A stretch of 64,000 bases of DNA, taken from positions 7,919,382 through 7,983,381 of the forward strand of contig BFEA01000006.1 in assembly GCA_003427395.1 (NCBI GenBank), given 5' to 3'. This DNA comes from Chara braunii (lineage: Eukaryota; Plantae; Charophyceae). Within the stretch, counting starts at the first letter, position 1; every line of letters starts with the position of its first letter. Of the stretch, positions 50,203 through 62,236 are shown in pieces. Below the pieces are notes generated by a model that did no database searches, had not been told where the DNA came from, and saw only the letters and a program-made list of their open reading frames with translations. Position numbers and translations under genes: made by a program.

Positions 50203-50254
50203 CCCCACTTCAGCCCTCTAAGTCCGCTTTTGAATATTTGCTACTACCACCAAG
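50203..50254 (-). other. LSU (25S/28S) rRNA-like fragment in LTR; second copy at 63343-63394
   Basis: Reverse complement CTTGGTGGTAGTAGCAAATATTCAAA equals a conserved eukaryotic LSU segment as I recall it (LR7 primer region), with looser similarity continuing to GAAGTGGGG. Confidence 0.75.
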
Positions 50255-53200
50255 GCTCAGCGCCAGGGCCTGCGGTACCTAAGACCATGCTACGGGCTTG
50301 CAGCCCGCTCCGGACTGTCGCCGCTGTCAGGGTGAGCCGCCCGTTGGGAACCCGAAAGAGGAAGGCGGCCCTGCTTGGGCAAGGCGCCTGGAGGCACCGC
50401 GAAGGCTGCTGTGCTGCTGCTGGGTGCGGGCCGCTCGTCGGACTTGGGTATAGCAGCGAAAGACTGATCCGACTGCCCTATAGCTGGCTCTCCGCGGAGT
50501 CTTTCCCAGTGTTGGCCGGAGAAGTAGAGAAGTTCGCTGCGCCAAGGTACCGGCGGACTGGCAGTGGAGGGCGGAGGGGATGATGCGAAGCGCTATCGGA
50601 AGATGCATGCGGGGAGGGACTGCGCCGGTAGTAAGGAGTGGCAAGGCACCGAGCAGCGACGGGCGCTAGGCGAACCAAACGAGCGCTGAGCCAAAGCAGC
50701 GGGACTGACCAGGCAAGAGCGCTAGGTAGCGCTAAGTCGGCGAAGCATTAAGCAGCAGTGGGCCGATCGCAAAGGCAGTGAGCCGAGCGACAAGTAGGCC
50801 GAGCGGCATATAGCGGAGCGGGGAGCATGAGTTTGTGGGGGATGAACCTGGGCGCCATACTGCGCCGGGTGCATATGGCAGCGGAGATGGTGAGGATCTA
50901 AGCCGGGCGCAGTCAGAAGTGAGTAGTGGGCTCGATTCCTGATGGAATCGAGCAAGGTAAGAACGAAGACCAGGGGTTTATAGTAGGGCGAGTTCGATCG
51001 CGGTGTCAGTTCGGACGATGGGTTGGTAAAATAGGCAGTAGAAGAGAAAAACGGTGCGGGATGGTGTAGCGATGGCGGAAACAACTATGGTGGAGGGAAA
51101 AAAGGCTATAGCACGCCCGTTCCTTCATAGAATCGGGCGGGGAAAGAGGCATTTTGGGGGTTTTGAACGTGGGCGACCTCAAATCCGAGGTCGTTTCTTG
51201 TGATAAGTTAGTAAGATAGAGGTCAGTAAGAAAGATTAGTGCGCGGACAGTGTTGAGGAAGGTGAAAAAGATGGAATGAACCTGGGCTGGGTTCTGCGCC
51301 AGGTGCATCTGGAAGGAGCGATGGGGGAAACGAGCCGGGTAGAGCCGGGAAAACTCGTAACTCGCTCGTTCCTTGATGAAAACGGGCGGGAAAAAGTAGT
51401 AAATAGGGGTTTTCTGGTAAGGCGAATCTAATGGAAACATTAAATTGGAGAAAGGATCAGCGTAGAGGGAGATTAGTGGAAGATATGGTGCGCGGAGGTA
51501 TGGAGGGAGGAGAATATGTCGAAGGGGAGAATCGTATAGCACGCCTGTTTCTTGACGGAAACAGGTGGGGGAAGATGCAAACTCGGGGTTTTTGGGCAGG
51601 GCGATTCTAATGGAGTAGTTAGTTTTGAGATTAGCTGCTTAGATCTAGAGTTAGTAGGAAGGGGTAGTGCGAGGAGATGGCGGGATGGCTGGCCAAGAGA
51701 GTGGGAGTCTCGCTCGACTTACCTTGAAAGCGAGAACGAGAAGAGACTGACCAGGGGTTCGAAATCGCTGCGAGTCCGGTGATTAAGTCAGATCTTGCGA
51801 TGAAGTTGCGGGTTTGAAGGTGCAGGGTGCCGGAGCTGCGCGCAGAATAAGGAAAGAAAACGACCCTGAAAATTATGGATGTATCTGTCCACTTAGTAGC
51901 GGAAGATTCATCTATAATTTACACCTACCAAAAAGGGAAAAGGGAAGGGGGGGCGCTAACGTGTACTGCCTTGCTGCATGGCCTGAGCTTCCCCTCTGGG
52001 AGATCGGGGCCATTTTCACGTCTGCAGGGTGGTCGTCCCCTTCGGATGGCCGCAGTCTGTTGCGGGCGGCTGTCCTGGACCGCTGTTGCTTGTATATAGC
52101 TGAGCATCTTTGGGCACTGTTGCATGTGCAGCACCTCACGGTGCCCTCATCAAGCGGCCAATAGAGGGGCATATCTCCACGGCGGGGGAGTATTCAATTT
52201 GAGCGCAGTCTCTCTAAGCTACTGAATGACAGATTAGTCATCAAAGCTAACACTATAACGTCAGAAGTATTACGGAGACTTGAGGGGTGGCCACGCCCTG
52301 CAAACAGGCTGGGTACCACCAAGATCGGTAGACGAGGGGGGGGGGGGGGGGGGGTGAGAGGGATTATTGCTGCGAGTGGGGGAATCATCAAGGAGTCTAC
52401 AGTTGGTAGTTGACTTCAGGTTGACTTCGGACTGGCTAGCGGTTGCGCGTCTTGGCCGCCATTGCGGGGACCCTCAGGCGATACAAGATAACGAGGCCCT
52501 CTCCTGTAAGTTTGAGAGCACCCTTCTTGGATCTGAGAGTCTCAAACTCCCTTCTACTGCCTTTCTTACTCTAAGTCTAGTCTATCTGGTTACGAGAGGA
52601 AGGCGGCAGGCGGGATTGCTACCCGTAGAACCGTGTCAAGACTTTGTGGGGAGTCCACCCACCGATTGCGGGAGCTCTGCCGGAGCCTAGGTGAGGCTCT
52701 GGAGGCAGGGAATTGAAAGGTAACTGTTGCTTTTCTTCTATAAGCCTAGATTATAACCCCTATCGGTATTTCCTGTTGCATCGCTGACTGAGTATATGGA
52801 GTGCAGCCCTACGTTATTCTCGGTGTGACTTTTAGGATTGTAAGGCACACTAAGTAAATGAATGTCTGCACATGTTCAGTTTTAATTTTGTTGCTTGTAT
52901 GAAATCAGATTGTTAAAAGAAACGGCATCTGGGAAAGGCTGGATGGAGGACTGTTTTGCATGATGGCTGACTGGGTCGTTAAGGCTGGGAAGTCCCCATA
53001 AGTTTGGGGAGACCCAGTGCTTTGTTTATGTAGGCTTGTATTGAGCGTCGGACCCTTCTATAAGTTTAGGAGGTCTGATTGTTTAAGAGGCTGGGATGTC
53101 CCCATAAGTTTGGGGAGACTCAGTGCTATGGTTTTTGCATGGAGGGTCGGGCTGTTCTGTAAGTTCAGGTGGCCTGACTGCTCTGACGTGCGAAGGTTTG

Positions 53201-54189
53201 ATTGTGTTTGACTTTTCAGGGGCTCAGGGCGCTTTATAAGTTTAGGTACCCTGAGTTGCCTTGTTTTCTTGGGTTTTCCTAAGTTTCTTTGTTTCTGAAC
53301 GAAGGGGCCGAGCCGTTCTGTAAGTTAAGGTGACTCAGTCTCTTCCTGTCTTTATTTCAAGAAAAGGAACCTGGCAAAGGGGCAAACTCTTTTGTAAGTT
53401 CAGGGGGGTTGACTCAATGCACATACATGATGGTTTAGAGAGAAATGAAATTGGTAGAGAGTTAGATCCTTTTGTAAGTTCAGGGGGTCTGGCTCAAAGC
53501 CTCGCACATGCTGGAACCTAAGGTTATAACTTGGCTATACTTTACTATTATTCTATTTAAGAACGAGCTAATCAGACCGTTTTATAAGTTTAGGTGGTCT
53601 GACTATAGCCTATCACAACTTGAAGAAAGTATAATTAAGAATAAAATTGATGGTTAGCAGGGGCAGAATGAATTTGAGTTAGTTCAGTCCTGTGCATCCT
53701 TAGAAGAAGGGAAGACAAGTATATATAACCCGGATATCTTAAACAGTTCGGGGTGACTAGAATGGCCTAGTCATATGCCCAAAGAAGAGAGAAGTAGTTG
53801 TGCCCTCTGTTTTGTGTATACTTCTCGGCTAAGTTAGGCACATTCCATAAGTTTGGATGGTCTGACCTTATGCCTTATGTAAGGTGGGTTTAAAAGGGTT
53901 AAGACATTGAGAGATCATGAATTATTGTTTGTTCAGGTATACCTTGGGATGGTGAGAGTACTTGACTTTGTGGTTTGGCGTGCATGTGACTGAGTGAGGG
54001 TACTACTTGGTCTGAGTTTTAGGTTGATAGGTAGTCGCCTTAGTCACTCGCCACGTGCTAGAGCTATATGAGTTAGTTTCAATTCCTGCATTTTCTGAGT
54101 TAAGTTTTTTTTTTTTTTTAGATCAATTCTCGCATTTTATGGGATCATTTTTTGTACTTGGCTTTGTATAAATCTTAGCAAGCTACTTT

Positions 54190-54715
54190 CTCTACAGGAA
54201 GCGCCGCCCAAATTTCTACAAATCCAAGGAGTTAATCAATTTTTGACTTGTCAAAGTTCAACTTGTCTTTTCTTGATATCTGACTTAGTAAAAATTTGGA
54301 AAGTCTCCTTTTCTAAAGGTAGTGCTGCCCAAATTTTTGCTAATTCAGAGAGTTGAACAAAATTGGACTTTGAAAAGTCAAAGTTACTTCAAATTATGAA
54401 CTTAGCCTTATATAAATTTAGGAGTAGCACTTTTTTAGAGGGAGTGCTGCCGAAATTTCTGCAAGACTGAAGAGTTAGCTAAATCTTGTCTGAGTTGAAC
54501 CCAAGTTGTCTTTTGAGTTCATATTTGGCTTAGTATAAATATGGAAAGTCTCCTTTTCTAAAGAGAGTGCTGCCCAAATTTCTAATAATTCAGGGAGTTA
54601 GACAGAATTTGACTTTCCAGAGTTAAAAATTATTTATGCTTTCATATTTGGACTTATATAAATTATGGAAATACACTTTTCCTGCGGGAAGCGCTGCCAA
54701 AATTTTCTTAGTTTG
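54190..54715 (+). repeat. ~122 bp degenerate tandem repeat carrying GTGCTGCC(G/C)AAATTT
   Basis: Motif at ~54200, 54322, 54444, 54567 and 54691. Confidence 0.8.
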
Positions 54716-56447
54716 AAAGAGATAGATTATATTTTGACAGGTAGCGATTCTGGTAGTCCACTCTGAATAGGGGAGATTTTGCCATGAGTCTATCTTTCTT
54801 TGAGCATTTGCTTAGAGGTAAGCTTAGATATAGCTAGGTAGAGTGATTCTTGAGTGAGATCGTGATAGGGGGATTATTCTCCATTGACTTTTAGAGATCT
54901 AGCTTGGGGATTGGCCTGTCATGTATTACAAATCCTCTTGATCGTTTGATTCAAGACTTGGACTAGATTCAGCTTGATCCCTTGAGTGATAACAGGTCGG
55001 TTGTCGATTCGTCGGTTTACTATTCAACTCCAATTCACTCCTGTCACTCAACCTACAGGCTCTAGCATTGTGATTTGAACTGTTTTGTTGTGTTTTTACC
55101 TGGACTTTATTGAATGGTTATCCAACAAAGGTACTGAGTATTTATTTGAGAGTTTCACGAGTGAGGCTTGTATGGCTAAGACAAGGGGTATGAGTGCAAG
55201 GAATGGTTGAAGTTGACCCTATGTAGCACATGAACTTTTTGGATGAATCTTTGATGTGATTGCAAGTGCGTTTGTGGTTCAGACTCTGGATGTCATTGCG
55301 TGCGATTACATACATTTATGGTTGAGAGGAGACCCACTGTGACTGTGAGATGTGATCATCCTATACAATCAACCCTCATATATTTATGAGTGTACTGAGT
55401 GTTTAAGAGACCAACTGTGATTGTGCATAAGGGTTATCTAGATTGTGTCTCGAGAAAGAAAGGAAATTTTTTTTTTATCCTTGCTTTTTAGAGTTGTATG
55501 GTTGGACGTTATAGTCAGTGGCAACCGTCAAAGACAAACCCCTTGACTTTCGCCCAGGCCTGGAGTGAAGCTCACCTCCAGGCAGTAAGAAACGACTGCC
55601 ACCATAGGTATGGACCTGTGTACCACCCACTCTGCACAGAGTGCAGAAGAGGGTGTGTGGTCTTCAACCGCGCTTGGCGGTTGTCAAGCGTCGAGAGATT
55701 AACCTTCAAGGCGCGTGTCAGCCGACACTTGAGTGTCGAATGCGACCCTCGAGATTAACGAGGACCGCATGAGTATGGGTACTACATGGTACGTCATCAT
55801 TGCGACTGCTTGCGTACGTTTGCATTGCTAGTCGATATGAGTAGGCCCTGCATCCGCGCGATTTTATCCTAAGTCTCGCGCGTGACGCCTTTCCGATTTC
55901 CGCATCGGAAAGTTATGGGATGACTACCGAGGGGCTAGGAGCGTTGTCACGTTGTTTGATGTGTGTGTGCGTGTGTTTTATTTTTGGGTTCGTAAAATGG
56001 TGTACGCGTGGTGTGTGGGGTACGTCCTAGTCGACCGACGACGAGCCACGTTTGGGATTTCAGCCCCCCAAGATGTCGGTTCGCGTGCGGGTCCGATAGG
56101 CGTATTACCGCGCGTACCCCCTATGCTACAGCGAACAAGAAACGCCCTCGACTGGTCCACCTCTGCGATTGCAACTGATTAGCTTTCGTACTGTGGACTG
56201 GTAACTCGACGGGGATACGCCCACCGAAGGGAGGTGACATCTCTCGTAAGAAGTAGGTAAGTTGTGCCTTACGTAGGCCCTATTCTGTCGTAGGGGCTCG
56301 CGAGAGGTATGGTTGGCGCACTCGGCCGGAGCGGCTTGTGGAATCTCAATGTATATTGCGACGAAGGATTTTATTCAACTCCTGCGTGACGCGGGCGGGA
56401 GGGTCCCGCTCTGCCCCATGCGGTGCCGGACCGATGCGCTTGACAAG

Positions 56448-56466
56448 TGGCGCTATTGCCAGGGAT
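56448..56466 (+). promoter_or_regulatory. Degenerate tRNA-Asp PBS
   Basis: TGGCGCTATTGCCAGGGAT, 16/19 to TGGCGCCGTTGCCGGGGAT; all three differences are CpG-type transitions; 2 nt after GACA. Confidence 0.75.
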
Positions 56467-59101
56467 AACGGTTGCCTACCGTTGTCCCTGGTGGAACGAC
56501 ATCCGGGTATCGGAAGTGAGAAAATAGGCAAATGAGAAGTTTTTGTTAGATTGTATGAGTGATTTTTTAATGTTATGATTATCGTTGGAGATGTTGCGAG
56601 ACTAAGAAGTCCTTAAAGATCAAGCCTAGATTTGAGGCTGGATGATGACTTAGACGAGGCATGAAGTGAGGGTTGATTGTGTGACTTGGTTTTGATCGAG
56701 ATGACTGGATTTTGATTAACGCGGTATGAGTGACTCGAGGGTGATAACTGTTTTGATTCTGTGTTCACCGGCTTTGACCAGCGTAATGGTATTTGGGATT
56801 GGTAACCCTTCTGATTCAATAGTTGGCAGGCTTGGATGGTGCTTTCCGTACTTGACGCGGTTAAGGTTAAGTGTGACTATTGTGAGAGTTAGCCCTATGA
56901 TGTACCCTTTTTGACTACTATAAGGGTGGAGGGTAAGGATGAGTGAGATAGTATTCCTCTCTCAAGAGCTGGAAATATAGATCCTCTCCTAAGTGTCAGG
57001 TTGAAAGTAGTCACGGCACTTCGAGGAGAGGTGGGTTGGGGAAAGTTGAAAGATATTATGAGTATGGACTGAGATGTTTGAGTCTGGGTCCTAAGTGGTG
57101 GATCAATCTATATGATCATGGAAGGTAGTAGATCTGCATAATGTCCTCTCTACAAAAGTGGTATCTGACCCTAGAGGCAGCAAGAGTGACAGAAAAGAGG
57201 CTAACAATTAGGTCATCCCGTTTACTTTCGCTAGGACGATGGGATGTAGGTAATGTTAGACCCTCACTTGTACCTTCTCCGGTTTGGACCATCCACTTGA
57301 ACCTATATGGAATTTGAAATAAGGACTTGGGGCTATTTTTCTCATGGGCTATGTTAAATTTTTCTCATAGGCTTTCTTTTCATATATGCCATATGGAATT
57401 TGAAATAAGGACTTGAACCTATATGGAATTTGAAATAAGGACTTGGGGCTATTATAAGTCTGTTTTGTGTCTATCTATGTGAGGCTATATGCTTGATGTC
57501 GTTTTGTCTGATGAGTATTCCCTTTTTATATCCACATAGGTTATTTATTCGAAGTACAGGTTTCAACCTATCAATCTGCAGGGATTTATATGAGTATCTC
57601 AAGTCCAAATATCGATTTATGACTGACTGATGAGGTTATATGTTGGGTTGCTCTTCAAAGAGGGGTAGAGGCATTGCACAAAATCCACATCTGATGCGGA
57701 TTCAGGGGTGAATGGAGCGACCGCTTCCTTGGGATTTATATTGTCTCATGGAGTGGTCGATGTGCAAGACCTTCCATAAGGAAGGTTGCAATCCTATATT
57801 ATTGTTTCCATGAAAAATGGCTTTGAAAAAGTTATAGATTGTCTTGTAAGTAGTAGTGAGGCCCATGCCGGAACTATGTTCCTGGTCCATAGTGGGGTGT
57901 TGTTGTTGTATCTCTTGTGATAAAATGACTACACTACTACTGAAAAGCAGGAAATTGCTTGAGCCTTGTAAGACTTTGGTCAATGAGGGAAGCAGCTACT
58001 ACGTGCCGCAGGAAAGTAGGGGGTGAATCCCTAACTTTTTTTTTGTGACAAGTTGGTGCAACAACAAAGGACGGGATGGTACATCCCGGAGCGTTTATGG
58101 TGAGGTTGTTACTTTGTCGACAAAGGTCTGCAAGGAACGAGTGTTAGAATCGGAGGGAGTAGCATTCTAAAAATGGATTGCATTGCCCCTCGCCACATTA
58201 TACTTCTGTCAAAGCTGGGGAGTAAAGTGTGATACATTGGTTGTTGTTATGTCTAAGGATGTTGTTGGTTGGCAATTCCATCTTTAGTTATGGCCTATTC
58301 AATATATGGTATACTTGTTGATATAAGTTTATCCTTACGAGGTGGTTGTATATGTTTTTGGTAACAAATTAGTCTGAGTGCGATATATTTAATTTTTATG
58401 AGTATTGTTGTTGTCAACTACTAAGATGATATATCATTTTTCCATGAGATATTATTATTATAAAATATTTCCGATATCTGTGACTGAACGATTATTATAA
58501 AATATTACCATAAGTTTCTCCAAGTGGGATGGTCGCAGACGCTGGAAGGGACAAATTTTAGTGAAAGGTGATTTAAGGTTAAAGCTTAGCAGTTGAGGTC
58601 GTAGAATGCGATTGTCAGCATGATAATGGAAGGTGTATGCTGGACGTTTGTCTGTGATGGGCAGAACCCAGACAAAGCTAAGGCAACTCAGGATGCCTTG
58701 CGTTAGGGAAGATCCCAATATGGCCTTGTCAGCTGAAACGGAAGGCGGACTCGATATGTCCTTGCCAAGACGGGTTAAAGAGGGGGAATATATTTCTTCT
58801 TGGTGGGGCGTACAAATGGATATGGGTATCTTCGACTGGATCGAGTCTGGTTTCGATGACAATCAGGATTGCGCGATTGTGAGGGTAACCCTATACGCTC
58901 CGTCATCATTCTGGGTCCTGCATGAGATTGAGTTGGCATTGGGGCATGAAAGTTTGCTAACGAGACCCTTGAGGGTAGCTGAAGCAGCTGCAACAAAATG
59001 GGCAAAGAAAGAGTCCATGAAGGAGTGAGTGTAGGTGTAAGCTTGTCGTGATAGACTATGTTTTAGATGCGTAGTTCTTCTCGGGTCTCGATCCTAATCA
59101 A

Positions 59102-60048
59102 TTGTTATTTGTCCAACAGGAGATGGAATCGGAGGGATCTGTGATGGAAGGCCTGCGAAAGAGGGATAGGGTCAAGGAGCCCACTCATCCGCCTAGTACG
59201 CGGGGTTGGGAGCGAACGAACGCACCCAAAGTGGAGATTGGCCTCTTCAATGGTCATCATGTCTCTAACTTCCTCGATAAAGTCGAACAGTTGGCGTCCC
59301 AACACGAATGGAATGAGGAACAGATGTTAAAAGATTTATCCATGTAGACCTGAAGGAGGAAGTCGGTGAATTGATCGGGAAGGCAGAGTCATCGTGGAGA
59401 AGGTTCCATGATGACATGAGGAATAAGTACCGACCGGGTGAGGAGCAGTTGACCAGGGATGATCTTGAGAAGATGAAACGATATGACTACGCGTCGGCAG
59501 GACAATTTCTGGCAAAATATGAGCATGCTTCATATAAGGTTTTGACATTGTCGGAGCATGACAAGTGTTTTTTCTCCCTCATGCATTTTTCAGGTGCAGA
59601 GCAGCGAGACCTGATTCGCGGGACAGAAGGAAGACTTATATGGGACACGATACGAGAAAACTTTATAAGAGGAGAGTTTGATCAGCACTTTTGCTATATC
59701 CTGCGCCAAGCGAGGAAGGGAAAGGAACTGAGGGATTGCGAGAAGAGAGGTGAAGGCAAGAGGGTAGTTGAGGAAGAAAAAGGGCATGAATCCCCCTAGT
59801 CATCAGAGGCTTAGTCGGCAGGGCCATCTTCTTCCCCTGTGCGACAAGAGTCACAAAGAAGTGTAGTGAAAAAAGGGAGTTGGATGGGGTGCAGGAAGAA
59901 GAGAATGAGAGATCAGTGGTCGAAGGTAGTATGTGATTTTTGTAGGGAGGTCGGCCATACACCTCGTAGATGTAAGAGGGCGAGGCAAGTGCGAAGGGAA
60001 GAAAAGGAAAGGAGTGATAGGGGAAAGGGCGCGATCGACCCAGTATAA
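59102..60048 (+). pseudogene. gag: Decayed gag with CCHC zinc knuckle
   Basis: LFNGHHVSNFLDKVEQLA, SWRRFHDDMRNKY, CDFCREVGHTPRRC. Confidence 0.7.
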
Positions 60049-60909
60049 TCTAAGCTCAGTGGAAGGTAGAGAAGGTAAGTTCAAGCGGATCAAACCATGC
60101 GAGTTGATTGCGAGGCAGAGAAAATAGATTGGAGAGGGGTTTCACAATAATGGTCTGGTAAAGTGACTTAGGCTGTAGATAGCTCAGCCATATAGGTGAG
60201 GCCAGGAGGTGATGAGTAAGTAGGAACTGGTTCGCCTATACGTCAATAGGATCAAAGTTTCTTATATATGAGGACTGAGCTAGATATGTGCATAGTTAGG
60301 TATAGCCACGACTAGCTTGTCCGTCTGTACATATGCAGGTCGTTGTACTGGACGAATCATTCGTTTCCTCTTTTGGTGTGATTTAGATGGTTATGTTCAA
60401 ACGTGTGATATGTTAGCGCGTTGGGATAGACTTGCGGGCGTTGAACTTTTGTTTATGTTTGGACATATCCCGAGGTACTCGTGTGATAGAGACATGGGTT
60501 ACTCAGCAGAGTGGGACGCGAGGGCTGAGTACCTATGCTATTTTTGAGAGAGACATTTTATCCTGGTGTACATATTGAGTTGAGACCCTATGAGGTTTGG
60601 TTTTTGTGACGATCACTATCACTCTCACGCGTGTGGCCTATCCTGATGAATTTTGGTTTGTGTGAAGGATGTGTGAATGTGTAATATGTAAAGCTGCCTA
60701 CTCCCCGGTATACTCGTGCAACCTGCCTACGGGCAGCTGATAGGGCAGAGTATAAGGGAAGGAAGTGCAGTCCGTTTGTGAAAAGTTGTGAGGATTTCTA
60801 GAAGATTTATGAGTCTGTGAGACTCGAATGTTTCACCGTGCCGGTTGTTGATTACCTAAGTTGTGATGAGGACCCATAAGATGGTCTCTCTGTGATGTTT
60901 TGTCGTATG

Positions 60910-61170
60910 AAGAGACCCCTCGCGATTTTGAGGGAGGCGATGTTGTGTGCTGTGACGAGATCCCTCGTGATTTTGAGAGAGGGGGTGTTTTGTTCTGTAG
61001 TGAGACCCCTCGTGATTTTGAAAAAGGAAGTGTTTTGTTCTGTGGTGAGACCCCTCGTGATTTTTGGAAGAGGGGGTGTTTTGTTTTGTGGCGAGACCCC
61101 TCGTGATTTTTTAAAGAGGTGGTGTTTTGTTTTATGATGAGAACCCTTTGGATTTTGGAAAAGGGGGATG
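60910..61170. repeat. ~45 bp tandem repeat, about 6 copies
   Basis: GAGACCCCTCGTGATTTT at ~60912, 60957, 61002, 61047, 61093 and 61139. Confidence 0.88.
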
Positions 61171-62236
61171 ATTTTCGTTGTTGGAAGACTCACCTTCAAA
61201 GGTGAGTAAATTGATTTATGGCATGGTGAGTTGTCTGATGAGTGATAAAGTCTGACGAAAAGGGTCACTTTTGCTTGGAATGTTTAAGAAGGTCGCAATG
61301 AGAGCAGGGCGAGATGATGTCTCAGGATGGGTGGCTGCTCGCTCTGATCAAGTCAGGGGTCCCGGCCTTGTGGACGTAGCGGTGATTTTGTTTGTGAGCG
61401 TGTGAAGGATGCCATGCCGTTTTGTGGGAGGGCTGGTAAATGCCTTCAGACCCCTATGTAATCGCGCAGTGGGCCCGTGATTTTGTTTTGCGACGCTCAG
61501 TCTAACCACTTGTGCTAGTTCCGGGACATATTGAGAAATACCAAGCTAAACGGTAAAGGTTAGTACCTCTAGGGCGTAACCCTAGTGGATGGCTGCTAGC
61601 CGGCGCAACCTGGCTGCGAGACCGCGGAGTAAGAGTTTAAGGGGAGTTGCCCGCCCCAGAGAAATTACTCCGTGGGATAGTGATGATTTAGTTTTTTTGG
61701 GGAATCCTGATTGAATGCTTATTAGGAGAAGACCTATCGTTGCGTAACCAACGAGGGTACTGCCGCTAAATAACAATGTGGTGGGCTGTAGTCCTGGTCC
61801 GATCAGCCAAGCTATGGTGGGCCAAGATGGAGACCTAGCCTTTCCGTACTAGACTGCAGAAAGAGCTGAGTGGATATTAAGTATACATATATACCTATGT
61901 ATATTTGATTGCGAGAGATTTTTTGAGAAGGAAGGCGAGAGTGCATTCAAAGGTTTCGGTCAGGGTCGGCGTTCCTAGTTTTGGCTAGGACTAGGGACAC
62001 CCAACGGGAAACCGAAGGTTGCCTTGTCGACGTCCTAATTTCTGGGCGGTGAGATGCCCGGGTTAGAAACCTGACAGCGTATAGTTGTGGAGGCATGGTT
62101 TGGCTGAGGCCTCTACCCTGCGTTTGTCGACTAATCGGATTGCCTCCTTTCTCGTCATCATTTGGAGTTTGGATAGATTTATAACTTTATGATTTGGCGA
62201 TGCGACGGGGATGTCGCTTAGTATGATCCGGTAAGC

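Larger units (their letters stand above)
49101..56445 (+). repeat. Putative 5' LTR (~7.3 kb)
   Basis: TGTC start, GACA end just before the PBS; only the first ~1.76 kb can be verified against the second copy. Confidence 0.65.

Noticed and set aside
50203-50254. rDNA locus or R1/R2 insertion site
   Set aside because: Only ~50 nt of similarity, duplicated as part of an LTR, with no other rRNA sequence or non-LTR RT nearby.
60910-61170. CRISPR-like appearance of repeat plus spacer
   Set aside because: Spacers are homologous to each other, the context is a eukaryotic retroelement, and there are no cas genes.
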